A stretch of DNA of 64,000 bases from an uncultured beta proteobacterium (GTDB taxonomy: Bacteria; Pseudomonadota; Gammaproteobacteria; Burkholderiales; Casimicrobiaceae), in contig CAWFKO010000002.1 in NCBI GenBank assembly GCA_963816445.1, forward strand, positions 384,790-448,789, written 5' to 3'. The notes under the pieces are model-generated. The model was not told the DNA's origin. It worked only from the letters and a program-made list of their open reading frames with translations, and did not search any database. The translations under genes and the position numbers were made by a program. Below, piece after piece: positions 1-12,600 of the stretch (position 1 is its first letter; every line of letters begins with the position of its first letter).

Positions 1-1
1 G

Positions 2-1925
<1,924 letters not shown>

Positions 1926-1981
1926 CGCCGACAGACACGGGGGCAGTGGCGATGCGCCCGAGCGCGTCGATGAATTGCAAC

Positions 1982-2102
1982 TTGGGCCCCGGCCTGCGCC
2001 GGGGCGACAAACTGTCTCAGCGTCATCCGGGCGAAGGCCGGGATCCAAGTTCGGTGGAAACGCAGGCGCCGCAACTTGGGCCCCGGCCTGCGCCGGGGCG
2101 AC
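1982..2102. repeat. REP/BIME-like cluster A: three ~27-nt GC-rich palindromic units in alternating orientation
   Basis: TTGGGCCCCGGCCTGCGCCGGGGCGAC occurs at 1982-2008 and 2076-2102. These flank GTCATCCGGGCGAAGGCCGGGATCCAAG at 2022-2048. Each unit can fold as an ~8-bp stem with a 4-nt loop. Related units recur near 48.8, 60.1 and 63.0 kb. Confidence 0.85.
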
Positions 2103-2181
2103 GACTCTGCGGCAACGAATACAGCGCTATCCCGTCCCCGGATCACAGTCCGGTGCAGGCTGCGCCCCGAATCCAAGTGCG

Positions 2182-2694
2182 CTAGCGCGCGCCGAGGGTC
2201 GGCGGCTGCCAATGCACGGTCGTCGAAGTCGTCGTGCGCAGCAGGCGCAGCATGCGGATCGCGGTCTCGCGTCCGCGGTAGTACCCGGCAAGGCGCAGCG
2301 TTTCGGCAAAGCCCAGTGCGTGGTAGAACGCGTACGCGTCCCGATTGTGTGCGCGCAACTCGACGTGGACCGATGCGATGCCCGCTGTCAGCGCACTTTC
2401 CAGCAGCCATTCCAGAACCCGCCGCGCCACGCCGCGCCGGCGCTGGGCCGGCCGAACGGCGAGCAGCACCAGATGCGCATGCTCCTCGCCAAAGCTCATG
2501 ATGCCGAACCCTGCGAGCGCTTCGCCCCTTCGCGCCACCAGTGAAACCGTGTCGCGGTCGGTGACGAGCGCGGTGATGCGATGTGGCGGATACGACCAGC
2601 CCAACCCCGTTTCGATAAGATCGCGCGACATGATGGCAATCGACCGGGCATCGCCGGGCCGCGCCAGCCTTACTTCAATGTCGGTATGACTCAT
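2182..2694 (-). CDS. GNAT family N-acetyltransferase
   Basis: [22 protein letters not shown]...[23 protein letters not shown]...[12 protein letters not shown] shows the GNAT acetyl-CoA motif (Q/RxxGxG/A). The start was moved to the internal ATG at 2694 because the upstream part of the ORF is Arg-rich junk. Confidence 0.8.
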   Translation of the reverse strand: MSHTDIEVRLARPGDARSIAIMSRDLIETGLGWSYPPHRITALVTDRDTVSLVARRGEALAGFGIMSFGEEHAHLVLLAVRPAQRRRGVARRVLEWLLESALTAGIASVHVELRAHNRDAYAFYHALGFAETLRLAGYYRGRETAIRMLRLLRTTTSTTVHWQPPTLGAR

Positions 2695-2705
2695 AACGCG
2701 ATGCC

Positions 2706-3362
2706 TCAGCGCTTGCGTGCGACCATTACACCGTCGCCGACGGACAGCAGGCAGGCGTCGACGCGCGCGTCGTCGCGGATCTTTGCGTTGAGCGCTCGCA
2801 ACGCGTCGGTATCGGCATCGTGGGCGTCGGGCTGCGCAACCCGGCCCCCCCAAAGCATGTTGTCGAGCAGGATCAGTCCACCGGCGCGCACCAGTTTCAG
2901 GCATGCTTCGTAGTAGCCGTCGTAGTTGCTCTTGTCGGCGTCGATGAAGGCGAAGTCGAAGCTGTTGGGGCCGTCATCGCGCAACAGCGTGCCCAGCGTC
3001 GCCAGTGCGGGCCCTAGGCGCAGGTCGATGCGCCCGGCCACACCGGCCTCCTCCCAGTAGCGCTTGCCGATACGCGTCCATTCATCGCTGACGTCGCAGC
3101 AGACGAGCTTGCCGTCGGGAGGCAACGCCGCAGCAACCGCGAGTGCGCTGTAGCCGGTGAACGTCCCGATCTCGACGGCACGCCTGGCGCCGATCGTGCG
3201 CGCGAGCAGTGCGAGCAGCGCGCCCTGGTCGGCGCTGATCTGCATCATGCCCTGCGGCAGCGCGAGGGTTTCCGCACGCAGGCGCCGCTGCAGCGCAGAT
3301 TCGCGGCTTATCTCGACGGCGACGTAGCGTTCGACGTCTTCGGGGAACAGTGAGCGGCGCAT
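2706..3362 (-). CDS. Class I SAM-dependent O-methyltransferase (caffeoyl-CoA O-methyltransferase-like family)
   Basis: VEIGTFTGYSALAVAAALPPDGKLVCCDVS...FDFAFIDADKSNYDGYYEACLKLVRAGGLILLDNMLWGGRV is typical of the family-3 O-methyltransferase fold. Confidence 0.85.
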   Translation of the reverse strand: MRRSLFPEDVERYVAVEISRESALQRRLRAETLALPQGMMQISADQGALLALLARTIGARRAVEIGTFTGYSALAVAAALPPDGKLVCCDVSDEWTRIGKRYWEEAGVAGRIDLRLGPALATLGTLLRDDGPNSFDFAFIDADKSNYDGYYEACLKLVRAGGLILLDNMLWGGRVAQPDAHDADTDALRALNAKIRDDARVDACLLSVGDGVMVARKR

Positions 3363-3494
3363 GCGGTAGCATGCCGCAGCACGCGACGGGCCGCAAGTTT
3401 GTACAAGCGCAGCGCGATCGACGCGCCTGCCGTGTCAGCCGTTGTCGAGCGAAGTGGACCGGCCATGGCGCGCGGTAGAATCGGGCGTGGCTCC

Positions 3495-5264
3495 ATGGAT
3501 TCGGCCAGGGCAGTGAATCACCGCGCACCGCGGCTTCTGCTCGTCACCGCGATTGCGCTTGCCGGCGCCTGGGTCAATGCGCAGCAGGCGGCACCGGAGC
3601 GCGCATCGGGCTGGACGGCGAAGCAGCCGGTCGAGACCCGGCGCGACATGGTCGCGGCCGCCAATCCGCTCGCCGTCGATACGGGCGTGCGCGTACTCGA
3701 GCAGGGTGCCAACGCCGTCGACGCGGCCATCGCGGTGCAACTGGTCCTCAATGTCGTCGAGCCGCAATCTTCCGGCATCGGCGGTGGTGCGTTCATGCTG
3801 TTTCACAACGGCAGGAGCGGCTTGCTGACCGCCTACGACGGTCGCGAGACGGCGCCCGCCGCGGCAAGGCCCGACCGCTTTCTCGCTGCGGACGGCAAGC
3901 CGATCGCGTTTCACGAGGCCGTCGTCGGTGGACGCTCTGTCGGCGTCCCCGGGCTGCTGCGCATGCTCGAGCTCGCGCATAACCAATATGGCCGGTTGCC
4001 GTGGGCACAATTGTTTCAAGGCGCGATCGCGCTGGCGGAAAACGGTTTCGCGGTGAGTCCGCGCCTGCACGCGGCGATCGCTGCGGACGGGTTCCTGACG
4101 CAGGATCGCGCAAGGGCGATCTTTTTCAATCCCGATGGGACGCCACTGTCCGTCGGACAAACGATGAAGAACCCCGCCCTCGCCGCCACCCTCAGGCACA
4201 TCGCCGCCGGTGGTGCAGACGCGTTTTACAAAGGCGAGATCGCGCGCGATATCGTCGATACGGTCGACCGCAGCCCGCGCAATCCCGGCGACATGACGCT
4301 CGCCGATCTTGCGAACTACAAGGCGAAGGTTCGCGAGCCGGTGTGCGGCCGTTATCGTGCGTACAAAGTGTGCGGCATGCCCTTGCCGACATCGGGTGGC
4401 ATCACGGTGCTGCAGATGCTGGGCATGCTCGAACCCTTCGACCTCGCGAGTCTCGGGGCCGGCTCGCTCATGAGCACGCACCTGTTCAGCGAGGCCGGAC
4501 GGCTCGCGTATGCGGATCGCGATGCGTATCTTGCCGACCCTGATTTCGTGTCGCCACCAAGCGGCCTGCTCGACCCCGCGTACCTCCGTTCGCGCTCGGC
4601 GCTGATCCGCGCCGACGCCAGCATGGGCTACGCCAAGCCCGGCATGCCGTCCGCGCCGCCGGCCCGCGGACGCAAGGCCGCGTTCGGCATCGGTGCCGCC
4701 CTGGAATTCCCTTCGACGTCGCACCTTTCCATCGTCGACCGTTACGGCAACGCCGTGGCGATGACGACGACCATCGAGGACGCGTTCGGAAGTCGCCTGA
4801 TGACGCGCGGCGGTTTTCTGCTGAACAACCAGCTGACCGACTTTTCCTTCGTGCCGGTGAGCGACGGCAAACCGGTCGCCAATCGGGTGCAAGGCGGCAA
4901 GCGCCCGCGTTCGTCGATGGCGCCTACGATCGTGTACGATAATCGCGGACGGGTCGCCATGGTGGTCGGCTCACCGGGAGGTAGCGCCATCATCAACTAT
5001 GTCGCCAAGACGCTCATCGGTGTGTTGGACTGGCGCCTCGACCCGCAGGCCGCGATCGACTTGCCGAACGTCGGCAGCCGCAACGGTCCGACCGAACTTG
5101 AAAGAGGAACGAGCGCCGTAGCGCTGGCACCGAAGCTGCGGGCGCTCGGGCACGATACCAGCGTCATGGACCACAATAGCGGTCTGCACGCTATCGTACG
5201 CACGGCAAACGGATGGATCGGCGGTGCCGATCCGCGGCGCGAGGGGATCGTTCGTGGACATTGA
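3495..5264 (+). CDS. ggt: Gamma-glutamyltranspeptidase
   Basis: TSHLSIVDRYGNAVAMTTTIEDAFGS contains the autoprocessing Thr region, and GGKRPRSSMAPTIV is also conserved. The start was set at ATG 3495, which gives a signal-peptide-like N-terminus (MDSARAVNHRAPRLLLVTAIALAGAWVNAQQ). ATG 3465 or 3399 remain possible. Confidence 0.9.
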   Translation: MDSARAVNHRAPRLLLVTAIALAGAWVNAQQAAPERASGWTAKQPVETRRDMVAAANPLAVDTGVRVLEQGANAVDAAIAVQLVLNVVEPQSSGIGGGAFMLFHNGRSGLLTAYDGRETAPAAARPDRFLAADGKPIAFHEAVVGGRSVGVPGLLRMLELAHNQYGRLPWAQLFQGAIALAENGFAVSPRLHAAIAADGFLTQDRARAIFFNPDGTPLSVGQTMKNPALAATLRHIAAGGADAFYKGEIARDIVDTVDRSPRNPGDMTLADLANYKAKVREPVCGRYRAYKVCGMPLPTSGGITVLQMLGMLEPFDLASLGAGSLMSTHLFSEAGRLAYADRDAYLADPDFVSPPSGLLDPAYLRSRSALIRADASMGYAKPGMPSAPPARGRKAAFGIGAALEFPSTSHLSIVDRYGNAVAMTTTIEDAFGSRLMTRGGFLLNNQLTDFSFVPVSDGKPVANRVQGGKRPRSSMAPTIVYDNRGRVAMVVGSPGGSAIINYVAKTLIGVLDWRLDPQAAIDLPNVGSRNGPTELERGTSAVALAPKLRALGHDTSVMDHNSGLHAIVRTANGWIGGADPRREGIVRGH

Positions 5265-5369
5265 ATCAGTGCAAGCCGGGCTCCCCGTCGATCGCGGATG
5301 GCGCTGCCGGCGCGCGCCGGCGCGTGCGCTGCCAAGCGGAACGTGGACAGCGACGATCCGCGGTCATCG

Positions 5370-6701
5370 ATGAGTACCGACCGCGAAGGACTTCATCGCA
5401 TCGTGATCGTCGGGGGTGGCGCCGGTGGGCTGCCGTTCGCCACGTCGCTGGGCGACAAATTCGGACGCCACCGCCGTGCCGAGATCACGCTGGTCGATCG
5501 CTACGAAACGCACGTGTGGAAGCCGCTGCTGCACGAAGTCGCGGCCGGTCGCATGGACGCCGACGCGCATGACGTCAACTATCTGGCGGTCGCGCACTGG
5601 CATGGCTTCGACTTTCGCCAGGGCGCCGTTGCCGGGCTCGATCGCGCGCGCCGCGAACTCAAGCTGGGCGCGGTGCTCGACGACGATGGCCAGACCATGC
5701 TGCCCGAGCGCAGCGTTCCCTATGACATGCTGGTGTTTTGCGTCGGCAGCACGAATAACGACTTCGGCGTTCCCGGCGTCGCCACTATCGCCATCTCGCT
5801 CGACACCGCGCAGGACGCCAAGCGCTTCCATCGCAAACTGCTCGCCGCCTGCGTGCGCGCCGACGATCGCGCCGCCGCGGGCGATCCGATCGGTGTGGAT
5901 ATCGTCATCATCGGCGCCGGTGCGACCGGCGTCGAGCTCGCAGCGGAGATTCGCCATACGACGCGCGAGCACGCAGGCTACGGGCTCAAGCACCTGCAGC
6001 CGGCGCGGGATGTGCGATTGACGGTGATCGAAGCCGCGCCGCGCATCCTGCCGCAGCTCAACGAACGCATCGCGGTCGCGGCGACCGGACTGCTGGGCGA
6101 GCTCAATGTAGCCGTGCGCGCGTCGGAACGCGTGACCCAGGTCGACGCGAAGGGCGTGCACACTGCGAGCGGCGGGTTCTATCGCGCGGATCTGGTCGTG
6201 TGGGCCGCGGGCATCCAGGCGCCTCCGTTTCTCGCCCAGCTCGACGGCCTTGAGGTCAACCGCGCCAATCAACTCGTGGTGACGACCACGCTGCAGACCA
6301 CACGCGACCCCGACGTGTTCGCATTCGGCGACTGCGCGGCCTGCCCCTGGCCGGAAGCGGGCGAACACGCACTCGTGCCTCCGCGGGCGCAGGCGGCGCG
6401 CCAGCAGGCGCTGTTCCTGGTCAAGACGGTGGCCGCGCGCCTCGCCGGGAAACCGTTGCCGACCTTCCGCTTCCGCGACCTGGGCTCGCTGGTGTCGCTG
6501 GGGGAACTGTCCGCCGTCGGCAATCTCATGGGGGGATTGATCGGCGGCAGCATGATGATCCAGGGCCTGATCGCACGCTGGATGTACTGGTCGCTGTACA
6601 AGCTGCATCAGGTGTCGATCCATGGCTACGTTCGTGTAGCCCTCGATACCATCGGCCGTTTCCTGAGGGGGCGCATGGAGCCCAGGGTCAAACTGCATTG
6701 A
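5370..6701 (+). CDS. ndh: Type II NADH dehydrogenase (NDH-2)
   Basis: HRIVIVGGGAGGL is the first Rossmann motif and VDIVIIGAGATGVELAAE the second. The protein ends with the C-terminal membrane-anchor region. The start was set at MSTDREGL (ATG 5370). Confidence 0.9.
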   Translation: MSTDREGLHRIVIVGGGAGGLPFATSLGDKFGRHRRAEITLVDRYETHVWKPLLHEVAAGRMDADAHDVNYLAVAHWHGFDFRQGAVAGLDRARRELKLGAVLDDDGQTMLPERSVPYDMLVFCVGSTNNDFGVPGVATIAISLDTAQDAKRFHRKLLAACVRADDRAAAGDPIGVDIVIIGAGATGVELAAEIRHTTREHAGYGLKHLQPARDVRLTVIEAAPRILPQLNERIAVAATGLLGELNVAVRASERVTQVDAKGVHTASGGFYRADLVVWAAGIQAPPFLAQLDGLEVNRANQLVVTTTLQTTRDPDVFAFGDCAACPWPEAGEHALVPPRAQAARQQALFLVKTVAARLAGKPLPTFRFRDLGSLVSLGELSAVGNLMGGLIGGSMMIQGLIARWMYWSLYKLHQVSIHGYVRVALDTIGRFLRGRMEPRVKLH

Positions 6702-6723
6702 TCCACGGTAACGCGCCCGGACA

Positions 6724-7092
6724 ATGCTCGCTGGCCTGACCTGGCTGCTCGTCTTCCAGTGCGTCGGCGAAATCCTGGCGCGCTGGACCGGGTTGCCGGT
6801 GCCCGGGCCCGTGGTGGGCATGGCGCTGTTGTTCGCGACATTGGTGATCCGGAACGGCGCGACGGAGTCGCTGCAGACCTCCGCATCGGGTCTGCTTTCG
6901 CACCTGTCGTTGCTGTTCGTGCCTGCCGGTGTCGGTGTGATCCTGCATTTTCAGCGCGTCGCCGACGAGTGGCTGCCGATCGCGGCGGCGCTGATCGTAG
7001 GTACCGTGGTCACGCTGGCAGTCACTGCCCTGGTCATGCGCTGGCTTCTCGTGCGGCAGGAGCGGCGAGATGCCGCGGCGGAGACACCGTGA
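6724..7092 (+). CDS. CidA/LrgA family holin-like membrane protein
   Basis: It is 122 aa with four hydrophobic segments. The N-terminus LLVFQCVGEILARWTGLPVPGPVVGMALLF is typical of LrgA. Its stop overlaps the start of the next gene (TGATG). Confidence 0.8.
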   Translation: MLAGLTWLLVFQCVGEILARWTGLPVPGPVVGMALLFATLVIRNGATESLQTSASGLLSHLSLLFVPAGVGVILHFQRVADEWLPIAAALIVGTVVTLAVTALVMRWLLVRQERRDAAAETP

Positions 7093-7829
7093 TGCCGCAA
7101 CCGCTTCAACCACTCGCCGATATCTGGGTCTATCTCGCCGCGACGCCGCTGCTCGGACTGACGCTGACGTTGCTTGCGTACCAGGCGGGATACTGGATCT
7201 ATGCCAGGAGCGGTATGAATCCGCTGCTCAATCCGGTCATGCTCGCGGTCGCTGCGCTGGTGCTGTTGCTGCTGGTGACGAAAACATCCTACCCAACGTA
7301 TTTCGAGGGCGCGCAGTTCGTGCACTTCCTGCTCGGGCCCGCGGTCGTCGCGCTGGCGGTGCCGCTCTACCAGCAGCTGCCGAACATCCGGCGCCTGTTC
7401 GTCCCGATCCTCGGGGCTCTGGTCGCGGGGTCGCTGACGGCAGTGGCGAGCGCGCTCGTACTGGCGTGGGCGCTCGGAGCGTCGAACGCGACGCTGCTGT
7501 CGCTGGTGCCAAAGTCGGTCACGGCGCCGATCGCCATGGGCATCGCCGAGAAGATCGGTGGCATTCCCGCGCTGACCGCCGTGCTGGTCGTTGGGACCGG
7601 TATCATCGGCGCAGCGCTGGGCAAGTTCGTATTCGATGCGCTTGGCGTACGCGACTACCGGGCCCGTGGCTTTGCGCTGGGCATCGCGGCACACGGCATC
7701 GGCACTGCGCGCGCATTCCAGGTCGATCCCGAAGCGGGCGCCTTCGCTGGTCTGGCCTTCGGGCTACACGGCGCGCTTGCGGCCTTTGTGTATCCGGCGG
7801 CCTACCTGGCGATCCGCCATTATCTCTAG
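7092..7829 (+). CDS. LrgB family membrane protein
   Basis: LVPKSVTAPIAMGIAEKIGGIPALTAVLVVGTGIIGA is the LrgB signature. ATG 7092 overlaps the lrgA-like stop. The upstream part of ORF 6759..7829 is out-of-frame junk. Confidence 0.85.
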   Translation: MPQPLQPLADIWVYLAATPLLGLTLTLLAYQAGYWIYARSGMNPLLNPVMLAVAALVLLLLVTKTSYPTYFEGAQFVHFLLGPAVVALAVPLYQQLPNIRRLFVPILGALVAGSLTAVASALVLAWALGASNATLLSLVPKSVTAPIAMGIAEKIGGIPALTAVLVVGTGIIGAALGKFVFDALGVRDYRARGFALGIAAHGIGTARAFQVDPEAGAFAGLAFGLHGALAAFVYPAAYLAIRHYL

Positions 7830-7834
7830 TGCCG

Positions 7835-8440
7835 ATGCATTCCGAACTCGTTTCCGCCGCCATCCTGCTGCTGCTCGTGATCGATCCCTTCGGCAACGTG
7901 CCGCTGGTCGTTGCCACGATGCAGGCGGTGCCGCGTGAACGCCGCGTGCGTGTGGTGCTGCGCGAATGCGTGATCGCCTACGTCCTGCTGCTGGCGTTTC
8001 TGTTCGGCGGGCATGCCTTCCTGACGCTCATGCACCTGTCGGAGACATCACTGTCGATCGCCGGCGGAGTCATCCTGTTTCTGATCGCGCTGAGGATGGT
8101 TTTCTCGCGGCCGGCGGAAGGCGTGTTCGGCGACGCGCCGGCCGGCGAACCACTGATCGTGCCGCTTGCCATTCCCGCCATCGCCGGGCCGTCGGCGATG
8201 GCGACCGTGATGCTCATGGCGTCGCGCGATCCCGCACACATCGGTACCTGGATCGCGGCGCTCTCCGGCGCGATGGTGGTGACGACTGCAGTCCTCCTCG
8301 CCGCCGATGCCCTGCAAAGACTGCTGGGCGAACGCGTCGTGCGCGCCTTCGAGCGGCTGATGGGACTGGTGCTGACGGCGGTCGCGGTCGAGATGCTGCT
8401 AGGCGGCATCAAGGGCTTCGTCGCGCAGATTCAGGGCTAA
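7835..8440 (+). CDS. MarC family (UPF0056) integral membrane protein
   Basis: MHSELVSAAILLLLVIDPFGNVPLVVA...PLAIPAIAGPSAMATVML is typical of the MarC family. The start was set at ATG 7835. Confidence 0.8.
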   Translation: MHSELVSAAILLLLVIDPFGNVPLVVATMQAVPRERRVRVVLRECVIAYVLLLAFLFGGHAFLTLMHLSETSLSIAGGVILFLIALRMVFSRPAEGVFGDAPAGEPLIVPLAIPAIAGPSAMATVMLMASRDPAHIGTWIAALSGAMVVTTAVLLAADALQRLLGERVVRAFERLMGLVLTAVAVEMLLGGIKGFVAQIQG

Positions 8441-8478
8441 GGCACTGCCGAGGCGATACCCCACGGCGCGCCAAGGGC

Positions 8479-9399
8479 TCAGTGCGGCCGCAGCCAACCT
8501 TCCTCGCGCCGCACCGCGCCCACGCGTTCCAGTTCGCGTACCAGCAGATCCGCCAGCGCGGAGGGTGACAGACGGAAGAAGCGGGCATTGAATTCGCGAT
8601 AGATCGCGACGCGATCGAGATAACCGGGCAAATCGGCGAGGGCCATGCGTTGCTTGTCGAGCAGCGAGAAGGTCAGGAGTGCCTTGAGCGCGTGCCGCGC
8701 GATTCTCACGCTGTCGACTTCGAAGGCGGCAGTGCGCTGGAACGCGCGCTCCAGCGCGGCCGCGACGTTGGTGAAGGGCTCGCCGTGACCGGGTATCACG
8801 ATGCGCGCGTCGAGCACCGCAAGCATCTCCAGCGTCGCCCGCGTCGCCGGCAACGCGGCAGGGTCGATTTCCGGTGGCATGAGCAAGCCGTAGCCGTTTT
8901 CCCACAGGGCGTCGCCGGAAATCAGGATGCGATGCTCGGGGTTGTAGAACACCATCGCGGCCATGTCGTGGCCAGGCGCGGCGAACGTGCGCCATTCGAG
9001 ATCGCCCCACACATGCGTTTCGCCAGTGCGGATGATTTCGTCGACGCGGAAGCGATCGGCGCGCTGGTCGCAATAGCCGAGCAGCAACGCTTTCTCGTCC
9101 CATGCCGCGATGAGCGGCGCCTCGCCCTCGGGCAGCGCGATCGGGCAATCGTAGCGCGCCTGGATCGCCGCGTTGCCGCCGATATGATCGCTGTGGCAGT
9201 GCGTGTTGACGAGTCGGGTGAGTGGCGCATCAGCGAGTCCATGAGGCGATGCCAGCAAGGCGAGCGTCAGTGGCGCATGGCGCACGAACCCCGAGTCAAT
9301 CAGAACGTGGCCCAGATCGCTCTTGAGCAGGACGTTGTTCGCCGAAAGCCAGTCGCGGACAAAGACGTGGAGTTGCGGCGGTAACGACGCGCGATGCAT
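8479..9399 (-). CDS. MBL-fold metallo-hydrolase
   Basis: It carries the HxHxDH motif (VNTHCHSDHIGGN) and later PGHD and IPGHG metal ligands. The start was set at MHRASLPP (9399). Confidence 0.8.
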   Translation of the reverse strand: MHRASLPPQLHVFVRDWLSANNVLLKSDLGHVLIDSGFVRHAPLTLALLASPHGLADAPLTRLVNTHCHSDHIGGNAAIQARYDCPIALPEGEAPLIAAWDEKALLLGYCDQRADRFRVDEIIRTGETHVWGDLEWRTFAAPGHDMAAMVFYNPEHRILISGDALWENGYGLLMPPEIDPAALPATRATLEMLAVLDARIVIPGHGEPFTNVAAALERAFQRTAAFEVDSVRIARHALKALLTFSLLDKQRMALADLPGYLDRVAIYREFNARFFRLSPSALADLLVRELERVGAVRREEGWLRPH

Positions 9400-9661
9400 T
9401 CCGAATTCTAACAAGGGCGTGATGACCAATGTCCTGCAGCACCTGTACACGTCGCTGATCGAGTCCTGACACAACCCTGAACATGAGGCAACTTGCGCGT
9501 GATCCGAACCAGGTCGTGCGCAATTCGCGGGCAACGCCGACATTCACGTCGGTGAGTGCGACCAAGGGTGCGCGGATTTCGACTCGATCGCGGAATGTGG
9601 CACCGGGAGCACGAGCCTTTCGCGCCGCCGCCGCTCCAGGTGTGACGCATCCTGCCGAGCA

Positions 9662-12600
9662 TCACGCCAGCCGCTTGAGAAAATCCTCGACGAGCGCGAT
9701 GCGGTCGTCGATCTCCGGCGCCGCGCGCTCGATGCGCACGCGGTCCTGCCCTGCGAAGCGGTAGCGCCCGTCGCGCTGCACCAGCGCGATCAGCCGAGTT
9801 GGATCGAGCGACGGGTTACGCGCGAAATGCAATTGCGTGCGTTCGGGGCCCGCGTCGATCTTGATCACGCCCAGCGGCTTCGCGAGCAGCCGCAACCGGT
9901 GGCAGGCGAGTAGTGCCTGGGTGGGTTCGGGGGGCAAACCGAAGCGATCGATCAGCTCCTCCTGCATCGTCGTGAGCTGCTCAGCCGTCGAGCAATTCGC
10001 CAGTCGTTTGTACAGCACCAGCCGCTCGTGTACGTCGTTGCAGTAGTCCTCGGGCAGCAGCGCCGGGATGTGCAGACTGATCTCGGTGGTAACGCCCAGC
10101 GGTTCGGTGAGGTCGGGCTCACGGCCACTTTTCAGCGCGTCGACGGCAGCCTTGAGCATGTCGGTGTAGAGCTGGAAGCCTATTTCCTGCATTTCGCCGG
10201 ACTGCTCGTCGCCCAGCACTTCGCCGGCGCCGCGGATTTCCAGGTCGTGCATGGCCAGATAGAAGCCTGAGCCCAGATCCTCCATGAGCTGGATCGCTTC
10301 GAGGCGCTTTCTCGCCAATGCGGAGGGCGCCCCTTCGGGCGGCGTCAGCAGGTACGCGTACGCCTGGTGATGCGAGCGCCCGACACGGCCACGCAGCTGA
10401 TGCAGCTGCGCCAGCCCGAACTTGTCGGCGCGATGGATGAGGATGGTGTTGGCGCTGGGCACGTCGATGCCGGTCTCGATGATCGTCGAGCACAGCAGCA
10501 GGTTGTTGCGCTGCTGGTAGAAATCGCGCATCACGCGCTCGAGCTCGCGCTCGGGCATCTGCCCGTGCGCGATGGCGATGCGCGCCTCGGGAACCAGCGC
10601 CGCGATCTTGTCGCGCATGTTGACGATGGTGTCGATGTCGTTGTGCAGGAAATAGATCTGCCCGCCACGCTTCAGTTCGCGCAGGCAGGCTTCGCGCACG
10701 GTGCCGGATGAATAGGGCGCGACGAAGGTCTTGATCGCCAGCCGGCGCTCCGGCGCCGTCGCGATGACGGAGAAATCGCGCAGACCTTCCAGCGACATGG
10801 CCAGCGTGCGCGGAATCGGGGTCGCGGTCAGCGTCAGCACATCGACCTCGGCGCGCAGACGCTTCAACTGCTCCTTCTGGCGCACGCCGAAGCGATGCTC
10901 TTCGTCGATGATCACCAGCCCCAGCCGTTTGAACTTGACGTCGGGCTGTATGAGCTTGTGCGTGCCAATGACCAGATCGATCGTGCCGTTGGCGAGCCCC
11001 TCGACGGCAGCCGTGGCTTCCTTGCCCGAGCGAAAGCGAGAGAGCTCCGCGAGCTTTACCGGCAGCTCGGCGAAGCGATCCGAGAATACCTGCAGATGCT
11101 GCTCGGCGAGCAGGGTCGTCGGCACCAGCACGGCGACCTGCTTGCCGTCGGCGATGGCGACAAAGGCCGCACGCAGCGCGACCTCGGTCTTGCCGAAGCC
11201 TACGTCGCCGCATACCAGGCGGTCCATCGGCTTACCCGACGTAAGGTCGGTGATTACCGCCTCGATGGCTGCCGCCTGGTCCGGCGTCTCCTCGAAGCCA
11301 AAGCCTTCGGCGAACGCTTCGTAGTCGTGAACGTTGAACTTGAATGCATGGCCTTCGCGCGCGGCACGTTGTGCATACAGATTGAGCAGCTCCGCGGCGG
11401 TGTCGTGAGCGCGCTTTGCGGCGCGTTTTTTTGCCCGGTCCCATTGTCCGCTGCCCAACTCGTGCAGCGGTGCGGCGTCTGGCGACGCGCCGCTGTAGCG
11501 ACTGATCAGATGCAGGCTCGAGACAGGGACGTAGAGCTTGGCATCGTTGGCGTAGAGGAGGTGCAGGAATTCGTTGGCGCCGTCGCCGAGGTCAAGAGTG
11601 GTCAGGCCCAGATAGCGGCCGATGCCGTGCTGCTCGTGGACCACCGGATCGCCGATGCGCATTTCCGACAGATCGCGCAGCATCGCATCGATGTTGCTGC
11701 GTCTCGCTTCCCGCTTGCCGAGGCGGCGCACGGCCGACGCGTACAGCTCGGCTTCGGTGATCAGCGCGACGTTGCCCTCCGACCACGCGAAGCCAGTGTG
11801 CGCCGGGCCGACCGCCAGCGCGGGACTCGCGTCGCTGGCGACGAACTCCTCCCAGCCGCCAACGATGGCGGGCTTCAACCCGTACTCGGCGAAGTATTGC
11901 TGCATGGTCTCGCGCCGGCCGAGGCTTTCGGCGACGACCAGAACGCGCTCGCGCGTCCCGGTCACATAGCGCTTGAGCGCGCGCAGCGGATCGTCGGCGC
12001 GGCGATCGACCTGGATTGGCGGAAGCGGCTCCGTCGAGGGCGTCGCCGGAGGTCGCGCCGATAACTCTCCCTCCCCATGGACGGCGGGAGGCTGGGGTGG
12101 GGGTGCTTGCCGCAGTTCGATGCGCGCATAGGGCTTGAGCGCGGCGTTGAACGCATCCTCCGAAAGGAAGATCTCGTGCGGTGGCAAGAGCGGTCGCGCC
12201 TTGTCGCCGCGCAGCAAGCGGTAACGCGAATCGGTGTCTTGCCAGAACCCGGCGACCGCGCCCGCGACATCACCGTGCAGGCAGAGCGCTGCAGCCGGAG
12301 GCAAGTAGTCGAAAAGCGTCGCCGTCGCGTCGAAGAATAGCGGCAGGTAGTATTCGATACCGCCCGGTGCAATGCCGTTGGAGATGTCCTTGTACAGCGG
12401 CGACTTCGATGGGTCACCTTCGAACACTTCACGGAAGCGACCACGAAAGCGTGCGCGCGCGGCGTCGTCGAGCGGAAATTCGCGCGCCGGCAGCAAACGC
12501 ACGTTTGACACCGGGTACACCGTGCGCTGGGTATCGACGTCGAAGGTGCGAATCGATTCGATGTCGTTGTCGAACAGGTCGATGCGATACGGCAAGGTGC

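Noticed and set aside
1982-2102. Recurring peptides ([18 protein letters not shown]) as a small protein family, or the repeat clusters as a CRISPR array
   Set aside because: The peptides arise from translating palindromic REP units in either direction. The clusters have only one to three units, alternating orientation and irregular short spacing, and no cas genes, so they are not CRISPR.
3435-4892. A long antisense ORF (485 aa) opposite ggt. Similar cases are 5364..6821 opposite ndh, 10119..11213 and 10895..12064 within mfd, 19671..21194 opposite the binding-protein gene, and 41647..42978 opposite the transporter
   Set aside because: These are typical GC-rich shadow ORFs. They have Arg/Ala/Gly/Pro-dominated low-complexity translations and no motifs. 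Each fully overlaps a gene with strong family signatures on the other strand or frame.
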